The position numbers and the translations under genes are program-made. 64,000 nucleotides of DNA, from NCBI GenBank assembly GCA_000004985.1, contig GG738863.1. One strand, written 5' to 3'. Position 1 is the first letter of the stretch; every line of letters begins with the position of its first letter. The notes under the pieces were generated by a model. The model did no database searches and was not told where the DNA came from. It was given only the letters and a program-made list of their open reading frames with translations. Positions 34,124 to 44,109 of this stretch are shown one piece after another. Origin of the DNA: Naegleria gruberi. Taxonomy: Eukaryota.

Positions 34124-36247
34124 ATGTCACCTAAAAATTTCATCTTGGCATGTTGCCTTCTCTTCATCCTTCTCACGAGCTCAACGCTCCTGATCTCCCC
34201 AACACAAAGCAAGGAATCTCCTTCATCTGATTTCGAACTATTGGTCAAACAATTAGTCATCCAAAAAAAACAACTTGGTGACAAGTGGAATCCTAAAAAA
34301 TTTATTCCAACTCGTGTTCGTAAAATAATGAAAAAGCTTGCAATTTCACTTCCAGAAAAATGTGCCAGAAGAGAAAATCAAGTTTCTGATATTTTGATTG
34401 AACAAATTCGTGATTTATCGAAATGTTTTTCTGAAAAGAAGAAATGTCCAAAATTGAATTATGAATTGACTTGTAAATGTGGACAAGAAAGAATTAGAAA
34501 GACTAAATTGGTAAATGGATTGAATTGTCCTTATTTTGAATGTAGAAAGAAGGATCAACCAACTGTTAAATGTCCATTAATTTTCACACAAGATCAGAAA
34601 TGTAAAGAAGGATATTATCAAGTTGTTAAAAAGGTTAAATTTGGAAAATTGGATTGTGATAGAAAGGTTTGTGTCAAGAAGGTTGAAAAATGTCCAGAAA
34701 TTTCAGTCAATTGTGCTGCTGGAGAAACTAGACAAGCTTCCAGAGATGAGAAAGGATGTCCAGTTGTTACTTGTACTAAATTGACTTGTCCACCTGAATT
34801 TACTGACAAGACTAAGGTTAAATGTAGAGATGGATGGACTTTATCTGAACAACAAGTTAATTATCAATCAATTACTTGTAATATGTTGAAATGTGTCAAG
34901 ACTCCATGTCCAAGAGAATTGAGAGAAACTCGTTCTATTAAATGTAAGGTTGGACAAAGAGTTGTCAGAAAGGTTGTCACTATTAATGGAAGAGAATGTG
35001 GTAAATATGAATGTGAAGACATTGTCTGTCCACAAGAATCCAAACCACAATGTGCAGATGGTCAAGTTGCAAGAGAAATTTCAGTTTGGTATCATGGAAA
35101 GAAGTGTAATGCTTTCAGATGTATGCATGATCAATGTCCAACTGTTGAAACAAAGGAATGTAATCCAGAAACTGAACAAGTTAAAGTTTTAACATTCAAG
35201 ACTGATTCTGGATTGACCTGTTATAGACAAGAATGTGAAAAGAAGAAGAAGACTTGTAAGAATGTCTGTGTTAATTATTCTCAAAGAGCTGGCAAATGTG
35301 TCAGATATGAAATGAAAGGAGAACAACAAAGATGTATCAAATGGTCATGGACTGGTTCAAATAACTGTATTGAAGAAAAGATTGTCAATCAATGTGTTAG
35401 ATATGTTCAAGGTGGTCAAACTTGTACCAATAAGAAGGTTGTTACTTCATGTGCTCGTGAAGGAAGCAGACAAGAATGTACCAAATACGGTGAAAAGGAA
35501 GTTTGTGCTGAGAGAGCTGATAAGGCAGTTTGTGAAAGATACAGCACCAGAGTTGTTGGGTGTAACAAGTACAATGAAGTCACTTCATGTGCTCAATGGA
35601 ATTCCATTCCAAAGACCAAATGTAAAGCTGTCAAGTATTGTGTTAAGGAACTTCCATCCAGAACTGAAAAGTACTGTACTGCCTACAAGAAGCAATGTCA
35701 AAAGGGTAAACGTGAAGTTTGTACCACAACTACTTGTCCTTGCAATAAGAAGCCAGTTACCAAGTGTAGAACTTACTACTTTGATGGATGTTGTGAAAGC
35801 AAGTGTCAATCTTGGGCAACTCGTACTGTTCCAGGAAAGTGTACTGCCTATGGATACAAACAAGAATGCACTCCAAATGGAAGTGAACGTGTCTGTGCCA
35901 AATATAAGAGCACAAAGGAATGTGTCTCTCCACGTACTGAAAAGATTTGTACCAGATGGACCAAGACTAGTTCTGAAGTCTGTTCAAAGAAGGAGAAGAT
36001 TAGTGTTTGTTTATCTTCCAAATATACCAAATATTGTGCTGAAACTACTCAAAAGGAAGTTTGTGAATCATGGGCTGTCACCAATGCCAGATGTGCTGAA
36101 TATAAGCAAAGCAAGGTCTGTATCAGAAAGAGTGAAGGTCAAAAGATTTGTCAACAATACCAAAGCTTTGGTGGTGAACAAGTTTGTGTTGAAAAATCAA
36201 AGGAAGATGTTTGTGCCGAATATAAGCAAATGTGTACCTACGAATAA
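34124..36247 (+). CDS. Secreted Cys- and Lys-rich repeat protein (707 aa), not assignable to a known family
   Basis: Signal peptide MSPKNFILACCLLFILLTSSTLL. More than 90 Cys. N-terminal half has CP…C / TC…C modules. C-terminal half has ~12-15-aa periodic units ending …K(E/Q)VC (CAKYKSTKECVSPRTEKICTRWTKTSSEVCSKKEKISVC…). Single exon. Confidence 0.65.
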   Translation: MSPKNFILACCLLFILLTSSTLLISPTQSKESPSSDFELLVKQLVIQKKQLGDKWNPKKFIPTRVRKIMKKLAISLPEKCARRENQVSDILIEQIRDLSKCFSEKKKCPKLNYELTCKCGQERIRKTKLVNGLNCPYFECRKKDQPTVKCPLIFTQDQKCKEGYYQVVKKVKFGKLDCDRKVCVKKVEKCPEISVNCAAGETRQASRDEKGCPVVTCTKLTCPPEFTDKTKVKCRDGWTLSEQQVNYQSITCNMLKCVKTPCPRELRETRSIKCKVGQRVVRKVVTINGRECGKYECEDIVCPQESKPQCADGQVAREISVWYHGKKCNAFRCMHDQCPTVETKECNPETEQVKVLTFKTDSGLTCYRQECEKKKKTCKNVCVNYSQRAGKCVRYEMKGEQQRCIKWSWTGSNNCIEEKIVNQCVRYVQGGQTCTNKKVVTSCAREGSRQECTKYGEKEVCAERADKAVCERYSTRVVGCNKYNEVTSCAQWNSIPKTKCKAVKYCVKELPSRTEKYCTAYKKQCQKGKREVCTTTTCPCNKKPVTKCRTYYFDGCCESKCQSWATRTVPGKCTAYGYKQECTPNGSERVCAKYKSTKECVSPRTEKICTRWTKTSSEVCSKKEKISVCLSSKYTKYCAETTQKEVCESWAVTNARCAEYKQSKVCIRKSEGQKICQQYQSFGGEQVCVEKSKEDVCAEYKQMCTYE

Positions 36248-36299
36248 TTTCCAAGTAATAATAATAAATTGGCAAAAAGTTATTTAAAAGAATTGAATG

Positions 36300-38084
36300 T
36301 TAATGTCTAATATTACAATGAGTCAATATTTTGAGAAACACTTCTTTTGGTACATTTTCAAAGGTCTGTAAATCCTTTTCCATTACTTTTAGAGCAATTT
36401 CAATATCAGTCAACAGTTCATGTGATAAATGAGATAACCTAGTCCCATCTTTAACATATTGTAAATATTGTAAAACCACTTGCTTATCCCTTTGCAATTC
36501 ATAAGAGGCATGTAAAAAACATTCTGTATGTTTTTGGATAGCTGTCATTACAAAATCTCTATCAGCCTTCAATGCAAAAGATGCACTTTTAAATGCATTT
36601 CCATTTTGCTCAATTGCTTGTAAAACAATTTCCTTATCATTTCTCAATTCCTCTGAGGCAAATTCAAGTGCCAATCCATCTTGGTTAACAGCAACTGTTA
36701 CAATTTCCTCATCATTTCTCAATCGCTCAGAAGCGTGTTTGAGTAGAGTTCCTGCTTGACCAACAGCTAGTAACATTAATTCCTTATCATTTTTCTTGTC
36801 CTTACTCGCTTTTCGAAGAGATCCTGTTTTTAATTTGAAAGCTGTCATTAGCAATTCCCTGTCATCTTGTAAATTGAGAGAAGCATAATCAATAGGTTGC
36901 TTACTCCATCGCACAGATCTCGTGTTAATGGCTTGTAAAACTATTTCACGATCATTTCTGAGTTTGGATGATGCGTATTTAAGCGAAATTCCATTTTGAT
37001 TTATGGCAGATAAAACTATCTCCTTATTGTTTTGCAATTCCTTCGAAGCATATTCAAGAGCTAATCCATTTTGACACACAGCTTGTAAGACAATTTTCTT
37101 ATTCTTTTGGAACTCATATGACAAATATTTGAGAGATAGTCCATATAGCTTACAAGCTTGCATTACAATCTCCATATCATTCAATGACCGAGGAGATAAA
37201 TAGAAAACATATCCCTCCCAATTAAGAGCTTTCAAAATTAATTGCTTATCATTCCTCAATTCTTCAGAAGCATATCTTAATGCACCTTCACTTTGATTAA
37301 CAGCTTTCCAAACAAGTTCCCTGTCATTTTTCAATGAATAATTTAAATATTCTGGTTTGTGTCCTTCCTGTAAAATGGCCATCGAAATAACATTATTAGA
37401 AGCAAATCTAATTGCCTCTCCATTTTGTGAAATAGCTCTCAAAACAATACTCTTATCTCTCCTCAACTCTTCACTTGCAAATTCAAGTGCCAATCCATTT
37501 TGTTCAATTGCAATGTCTACAATTGTCTTTTCATTTTGTAATTCTTTATCCGCAAACGCGAGCGCTAATCCATTTTGAGAAAGAGCTTGCCTTACAACTT
37601 CCATATCTTTTTGTAATTCTTTGGAGGTATGGTTGAGAGCTAGCCCATTTTGCTTACAGGCACATATTGCAATTTCCTTATCATTTTTCAAGTCTTCACT
37701 TGCAAGTTGGAGTAATAATCCATTTCGAATAACAGATTGGTTGACTATTTGTTTATCATTTGTAAAATCTTTGAATCTCTTCAAAACATTTATATCATAA
37801 TCCAAAACCCGCAACACAAACGACTTTACAGACCAAAAATTCAGCTTATCTGCAATATACATTCCATTTGATTTTTGTAAATATTCAACAATATATTTAG
37901 CATCTCTCCAATTTATGAATAATTGATCTTTAAGTAATAAATGGGAAAGGATTGGAAAGAAAATTGTTTTAAATTTTAGAGAAGTGGGAACATCTCGGAT
38001 TTGAGTGGTGAGGAGAAGTGATGAATAATTACAATCTAAAATGATTGTGGTGAGTTGACCTCTCATGTTCTCCAAGTTTTCCAT
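36300..38084 (-). CDS. DUF4116-repeat protein (594 aa)
   Basis: At least 12 tandem ~28-aa units of the form L+NDKEIVLxAVxQNGLALEFASEELRxD. Confidence 0.7.
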   Translation of the reverse strand: MENLENMRGQLTTIILDCNYSSLLLTTQIRDVPTSLKFKTIFFPILSHLLLKDQLFINWRDAKYIVEYLQKSNGMYIADKLNFWSVKSFVLRVLDYDINVLKRFKDFTNDKQIVNQSVIRNGLLLQLASEDLKNDKEIAICACKQNGLALNHTSKELQKDMEVVRQALSQNGLALAFADKELQNEKTIVDIAIEQNGLALEFASEELRRDKSIVLRAISQNGEAIRFASNNVISMAILQEGHKPEYLNYSLKNDRELVWKAVNQSEGALRYASEELRNDKQLILKALNWEGYVFYLSPRSLNDMEIVMQACKLYGLSLKYLSYEFQKNKKIVLQAVCQNGLALEYASKELQNNKEIVLSAINQNGISLKYASSKLRNDREIVLQAINTRSVRWSKQPIDYASLNLQDDRELLMTAFKLKTGSLRKASKDKKNDKELMLLAVGQAGTLLKHASERLRNDEEIVTVAVNQDGLALEFASEELRNDKEIVLQAIEQNGNAFKSASFALKADRDFVMTAIQKHTECFLHASYELQRDKQVVLQYLQYVKDGTRLSHLSHELLTDIEIALKVMEKDLQTFENVPKEVFLKILTHCNIRH

Positions 38085-38520
38085 TTTTTAATTATTTAGA
38101 AAATCAATCTCAAAATTCCACATCCTTTTTTCTGTAAAATAATATTATTAAATCCTATTCCGAAATTAACATTATTATTGAAGACAGAATATTGTAATCA
38201 TTTTGAACCTATTAATCGTTACATTTAAAGCAAGAGGGTGATGAGCACCAACCTCAGCCTTCATCAAACAGAGAGTGATATCCAACCACCATAATACAGC
38301 ATCAATCCCTCACTTCCAATCCTTCTCCATTTACCATCCAACTCACACATGATCATTTAAAATTATCCAACATATTAAATCGTACCTTTTTCATTCTTCC
38401 TTACTACTACAACTCAAAGCCTTTTCTCTTCTTTATGTTGGGAATCTTTTTTATGAGTAGAAAAATGAGCGCCCTTTTTTTTGACAAACAACTCTGGACC
38501 TCAATCACAAGAGAAAAAAA

Positions 38521-38838
38521 ATGAACGTTTGGATCACCATCGCCGCTCTTGCTGCTCTAGTATTGAATTTTGCTTGTGTTGTGGAAGCTAATTATCCAAT
38601 GGTGGAGGCCTCTGTTATTGCTCTTAATAGTACAGGGAATGGTACTACACCATTTGTTTATGACTTTTGGCGTATCAACAAGCCACCAATCATTGGTGGT
38701 ATAATAGTTTTAGTAGTTGGTGTAATCATTGCTATTATCGGAGGAGGTATTTATTATTGGAAGAAGAGAAGGGATGCTAGACAAACCCAACATGATGAAC
38801 ACGAAGATATGCATCGTCTTGAGGATGAAGATCATTAA
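38521..38838 (+). CDS. Small single-pass membrane protein (105 aa) with a signal peptide, a G/I-rich TM and an acidic His-rich tail
   Basis: MNVWITIAALAALVLNFACVVEA… IIGGIIVLVVGVIIAIIGGGIYYW KKRRD…HDEHEDMHRLEDEDH. Confidence 0.45.
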   Translation: MNVWITIAALAALVLNFACVVEANYPMVEASVIALNSTGNGTTPFVYDFWRINKPPIIGGIIVLVVGVIIAIIGGGIYYWKKRRDARQTQHDEHEDMHRLEDEDH

Positions 38839-39171
38839 AATAAAATCACTTTGTTTCCGAAAATTGTCGATTTGTATTCCAACAATGGTTGATCCGAAAA
38901 ATGTCAATTTATTTATCTAATTCAAAAAATTGGTAATAACATATTTTATTATTAATATTAATAATGGTATGTATTAATCATTTAATCATTACTATTATTT
39001 AGATTGTATATTTGGAATAATAAATAGTATCATCAAATGGCCAATTTTTTGAGTTAATCCCGAAAAGTACCTCTTTACTGAAAAGTGCCACTTTCCAAAA
39101 TTGTTAATGCAAAGGATTTTCATATTTGAAAAATACAGAGACAATCAAATTTTAATTTAAAAATTATAAAT

Positions 39172-40395
39172 TTAATCATTAAAATTAAGTGCCTTGTGAC
39201 ACATTTTGTGCATGGTCACAACAAGTAATTTCAAATTATAAAGCAATGGTTTGCTAAATTCAGAACTGTACAAATCAAACAAGAACATGCATAATAAGGC
39301 ACATTCCAGAGTACTGGTACGATCCTTCTCTGTTTGTTTTCTGAGTAAATTAAAGATTGGTTCCTTTTGTTGATAGAGATGCACAACTTTGGATTGATCG
39401 AATTTAAGTCTATTAGGGAGATCCTTCTTGTTGCAGAGAGCTTTGAGAACATGCTTGGCTTGTTGCCAAGTACTATCCACAATAATGAGATTAATACTTT
39501 TCATTGGTCGCTTATTGGTGGTTGAGTAGTTCTCTTGGTCTTTCCACATTTCTTTTGATAGGTCCATTTGCTTTTGTTTAATTTGTTCCACAAGTGTTTG
39601 ATCCAAATCGAGAGCATCTTCACTTGGGAAGAGCAAGTAGGTCAACTCTTGTCCATAATATTTCTCCTTAAATTCAATTTCATGAGCTTCTACATCCACT
39701 AGATAAATTTCCACAAATCCCTTTGGTAATGTATCCATCAAAATCTTTCCAGTGTTTGATTTTCTGAAAAATTCCTTGGCATGCATTAGTAGAATAATCT
39801 TTAAACGTGGCTCGTCTGATTGTAATTCAGATGGCTTCTCACAATGTTCACGAACAGAGTTCAATTCCTCGGAAGGTTCTGAAACAAATGTGTCCAAATG
39901 CTTATTCTCTCTCCAAGGGAAAACCATTTGTTTACAAATGCAATAATCAATATTTAACCAACAATATGGACAACAACGAATTGGTGATTGTTTAAATATT
40001 TCATCAATTAAAAAGTAGGCCATTCTTCTCTGAACCGTATAGTATTGTTTCTCCTTGTGTTTTTCCTTTTCGGAGAGTCCAACTCCTTCCTTCTGTGCCT
40101 TCCTAATCATTTCATGATCTTGCTCTGATTTTGGTGTTGGCACTGGAGTCTTGTCTTTTAATTCCTTCAACTGTGGGAAATATTTTGACATGACTCTAAA
40201 CAAGTCATGCTCCCAAAAGTGACAATAATGTGGATTGTGTGGAATACTGAGATGGTGAGTATCATAGAGAGTTTCAAGTTTTGGTTTTTTAGCTTCGGAA
40301 TTTTCAACATGTTGTTGCTGTTCGGAATCATTTGTTGTTGGACTTGCTGAACAACTATGAGATGAAGATGTTTCCTCTGTTGCTTGTCTTTTCAT
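39172..40395 (-). CDS. DTW-domain protein (DTWD/TapT-like, putative tRNA acp3U transferase family), 407 aa
   Basis: Cys cluster CCPYCWLNIDYCICK (C..C…C.C) and IIVDSTWQQAK (the D-[ST]-W signature). Confidence 0.6.
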   Translation of the reverse strand: MKRQATEETSSSHSCSASPTTNDSEQQQHVENSEAKKPKLETLYDTHHLSIPHNPHYCHFWEHDLFRVMSKYFPQLKELKDKTPVPTPKSEQDHEMIRKAQKEGVGLSEKEKHKEKQYYTVQRRMAYFLIDEIFKQSPIRCCPYCWLNIDYCICKQMVFPWRENKHLDTFVSEPSEELNSVREHCEKPSELQSDEPRLKIILLMHAKEFFRKSNTGKILMDTLPKGFVEIYLVDVEAHEIEFKEKYYGQELTYLLFPSEDALDLDQTLVEQIKQKQMDLSKEMWKDQENYSTTNKRPMKSINLIIVDSTWQQAKHVLKALCNKKDLPNRLKFDQSKVVHLYQQKEPIFNLLRKQTEKDRTSTLECALLCMFLFDLYSSEFSKPLLYNLKLLVVTMHKMCHKALNFND

Positions 40396-40685
40396 TTTTT
40401 AAATATTGAATAACAAACAGCAAGCAGTTGGATATTGCACCTTTACAGTCATTTTCAATAATTGAAGATTTTACAGAGATTGCGCATTCATTTAAATATA
40501 ATTTATTAGTTCTTTTTTGATAAAGAACTAATGGAATTGTGAAGTAATTGTCTACTATTATTGTAGTGTGAAGGAATAATAATAACAATACTACAGTGTT
40601 GCATTAGGTAGGTTTGTGTTTGTGGATTGAATTACATTGGAAGGGTGATGGTATTATTGGAATAGTGTGTTTCTGCTGATTGAAT

Positions 40686-41941
40686 TTAAAAGATGAGCAA
40701 GAGTTTTGGATTCTTCTTGACAGCTTCTTGAATTTCCTCAAGTGAAATTTCACCATCTCCATTAATATCAGCAAAGTCCATCAATTGCTTCACTCGTTGT
40801 GAGATAATGTGCTTGAATTTTTCACTATCAACATCATGTCCTAACAAACGGAATGTATCCTTCATACCTTGTTCCAATTCAACTGAAGTTAAACGACCAT
40901 CACCATCAGCATCGTACAACAAGAAGGTAACTTCAATGATTTTGCTTGGATCTTGTTCTGTTTGAGTTGGAGCAGTGATGGAGAGGTAGAGAATGAATTC
41001 TTCAAAACTAATACTACCATCTGTTGGAATATATTGTTAGTTTGTTGTGTTTTAGTTATATTGTTGTTAGGTTGATAATAATTGTTTTAGAATGTTCATC
41101 ATTGGATGAATAAGTAGTTTTTGTATCATTCACGTTGTTGTTATTGATCAAAAGTTAAACCGAAATTCATCATATTTTGTTAAAATATATTAATAGTAAC
41201 GGATCAAGTTATTATTATTGATACAAATATATTCGATAGTTAAATGTGTTACCAAGTAAAAACATCATATTAATTCCAAATTATTATGTTATAAACATTT
41301 AAATATATATAAATTTAAATTATTATCATTAACATACCTCTATTACGATCATAGGAACGGAACAAGTGATCTATTGGAGCATCCTTTGGAAGGTTAGGGA
41401 AAATACCAATAGCCTTTATCCACTTTTTAAAACCATCCTTGTCCATTTCCTTATCACCAAACATATCCAACCATATCTTTCTGTAACGTTTGATATCCTT
41501 CTTTGAGACTGTATTCAATAATAATTACAAAGTAGTACCATCATCATTATATTCATCCAACACAATGTTATTGTTATTATTGTTGAATTCAGCATTAAAC
41601 CATCAAAATATTACAAATTTCGCCCGTAGATCAACACAAATTATCATCATATGAATTTACAAGCATTCATTATTAGCACATATTCATCATCAATCATATG
41701 TTTGCAATTTTTGTTATTGTTGTTGTTCCACAAACAACACGGTGAGAAGAGAACGTTGAAAATTACAGTAAAATTTGGCGGGCAAACATTTTTGGTCGTC
41801 ATCACGGAATGAATATATTAAATATTATGATGAGATTTAATATATTATTAAATAATGTTATTACATACGTCTATTCTCAGCAATTTCTTGCCAGTCGTGA
41901 ATTTGCTTTGTAGAAATTCCCTTTTGATTTTCGTTACCCAT
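40686..41941 (-). CDS. Neuronal-calcium-sensor/recoverin-family EF-hand protein, N-myristoylation consensus. Three exons: 41941-41869, 41508-41338, 41020-40686. Introns 41868-41509 (360 nt) and 41337-41021 (317 nt). ~192 aa
   Basis: MGNENQKGISTKQIHDWQEIAENR|L|SKKDIKRYRKIWLDMFG…FRSYDRNR|DGSISFEEFILYLS…LYDADGDGRLTSVEL…DINGDGEISLEEI. Donors GTATGT ×2. Phases verified. Confidence 0.8.
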
Positions 41942-42711
41942 GATTTCTCTTATATACAATTATTCTAAAGGTTTAGTTTCGATTATTGTTCTCTTCAAAC
42001 TTGTCTTTTATTAAGAATTTGTTGTTGGAAATTTTTGTATAAAGACAGCGTTGTCTGCGTTGTAATAACAATCTAACGTTTTTTTTTGATTTGTTGACAT
42101 TGACGTTTGGCATCATAGTTCCGTTATGAGGCTTTGTGTTGAACGATATAATTATTAAAATAAAGTTAATTGGCTTAGTACGTTGAAGAAAGTGGATCAG
42201 TGATAAGAACTGACCTTCAGTTACATGTTTCCACTGGTTTAGTTTCTTTCGACTACTTTCCTTTATGTTTAAAAGAGAATGATAAGGTGTTGATGAATGT
42301 CAATTGTTGGACTACTTGCGGGTTCAATAATGGAAATTTTCAATCACCATCAAAAATAATACAAATTAGTACAAAAACACTTTCATTTGAAAAAGAAAAT
42401 AAAAAAATTGAAATGCAAATTCTTGGTTCTTACAACCATCGTCAAATTTGAACTGAATGGACCCTGGAAATAATTTTCAAATTCAACAAATTTTGTACTC
42501 AAAAATCGTAAAATTAATAAAAATGTTAGTTTTAAATGAATTCAAACAGAAATTGTAAACCCTCATTGTAAAATGTTAAATTATAATCCACCAAATACAG
42601 AAAACAAATGTCTTAAATTGGCAGATCAAAACCAAACATTAAATCCCATTGGATTTCTTTTTTAACAAGATTACAACAGGTCACTTGTCGATTATTTTCA
42701 TCGATAAAAAA

Positions 42712-44001
42712 ATGTCTCAACACCTGTCATTAAAATATCTACTATTACTTGCATTTTTGCAATTTCTCACACTCCAACTCCTCACCACACATGCCTACAT
42801 TATCAATATTGAAAGTTTTAATCCGACTTATTTACAATTTTGCTTGTCGGATGCCAAAAACTCTTCACAAGTTTTCACAAATGTTCAAATCATGACTTAT
42901 GACTGGGAAACAAATATTGAAAATCCAGTTTTGACATATTATCCAATGCAGAATTATGCTAAAAATTGCTATTATTTGGGAGCTCCCACAAATGCTCATA
43001 TTTTCTTTCTTCCAGCTACTGTAAAGTTTTCCATAAATGGAAATGAACAGGTTGAGTTGAAGAATATAATTTCACAAATGAGTGTTATGAAAATAGATAC
43101 TTCAACTGTTAATCAAACTATTTCTCATGCAAACGAATTGAAAATTCCAATTGCAAATCAAACATTTGCCTATCAAACAGTTGTAACCTATTTCACACCA
43201 AATGCAGGAGCTTGTCAATTGAATCCAATTCCAACTGAATATGCCACCATGTATGCAGCCATTAGAGTTCAGGATTGGTCAACTTCCAGAGTTTGTGGTC
43301 AATGTTTACGTCTATGCAATGCCACTGGTCATTCTGTTGAAGTTTTAGTTACTGACATGTGTCCATTTCCTAATTTATGTACCAGATACAATTGGTTAGA
43401 TATAAGTGATACTGCCTTTAATTATCTGAGTGGAGGAAACTTGGGATGGGGAGTTCAACAATTAACTTGGAGATTTGTCCAATGCACAAAATTCAAATCT
43501 TCAACTCCATCACCAAATATGAGTTTTCTCTTTACTGATTACTCGAGAAATTATGGATTTGAATTACAAGTGAGAAATTTCAATATTGGATTGAAATCTG
43601 TCGATATTCAAAGTAAAGTTCAGGGAAATTGGATTTCATTGAATAGAACTGAGGGAAATACTTGGTTATACACAACTGGAAATGTTATTACATGTCCATG
43701 TAGAGTGAGATTGACATCCATTTCTGGACAGGTTGTTATTGATGAAAATGCAGTCAACCAAGACATTGGATCACTTCCTAAAAAACCAGAATATTTGAAT
43801 ACAACTGTTCAATTTGATAACATTCCAAGTGGATATGAAAGTTCCAATTCATGCATTCCTTCAGTATTCAATCCAATCACTCCAATCACTTCTACCAATC
43901 AACCAAGAGGTTCAAACAGTTCGAGAATGGTAAATGCTTCCTCAACACATTTCATTAATGGATTCATTGCTTTAAGCTGTTTATTATTATTCTTCTTTTA
44001 A
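42712..44001 (+). CDS. Expansin-like protein (DPBB domain + CBM63-like domain) with a signal peptide and a C-terminal hydrophobic GPI-anchor-type tail, ~430 aa
   Basis: GACQLNPIPTEYATMYAAIRVQDWSTSRVCGQCLRLCNATGHSVEVLVTDMCPFPNLC…WLDISDTAFNYL is DPBB-like; the HFD motif is replaced. WRFVQC…ELQVRNFNIG…WISLNRTEGNTWLY is the beta-sandwich domain. C-terminus …FINGFIALSCLLLFFF. Confidence 0.7.
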   Translation: MSQHLSLKYLLLLAFLQFLTLQLLTTHAYIINIESFNPTYLQFCLSDAKNSSQVFTNVQIMTYDWETNIENPVLTYYPMQNYAKNCYYLGAPTNAHIFFLPATVKFSINGNEQVELKNIISQMSVMKIDTSTVNQTISHANELKIPIANQTFAYQTVVTYFTPNAGACQLNPIPTEYATMYAAIRVQDWSTSRVCGQCLRLCNATGHSVEVLVTDMCPFPNLCTRYNWLDISDTAFNYLSGGNLGWGVQQLTWRFVQCTKFKSSTPSPNMSFLFTDYSRNYGFELQVRNFNIGLKSVDIQSKVQGNWISLNRTEGNTWLYTTGNVITCPCRVRLTSISGQVVIDENAVNQDIGSLPKKPEYLNTTVQFDNIPSGYESSNSCIPSVFNPITPITSTNQPRGSNSSRMVNASSTHFINGFIALSCLLLFFF

Positions 44002-44109
44002 TATTAACTTTTGAATATTAAACATCATCATTTTCATAATCAAGTAAAGTAAATATTAAATAAAATTAAATTTTTGAAAATAATAAAAAATTCCGTGATC
44101 CGAAAAAAA

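Noticed and set aside
35370-36287. 305-aa ORF, same strand and alternative frame, inside the Cys-rich protein gene
   Set aside because: Its K/V/L-rich product arises from the repetitive AAG/GTT-rich coding sequence read out of frame. It has no start context or motif. The Cys-rich frame carries the signal peptide and the periodic Cys pattern.
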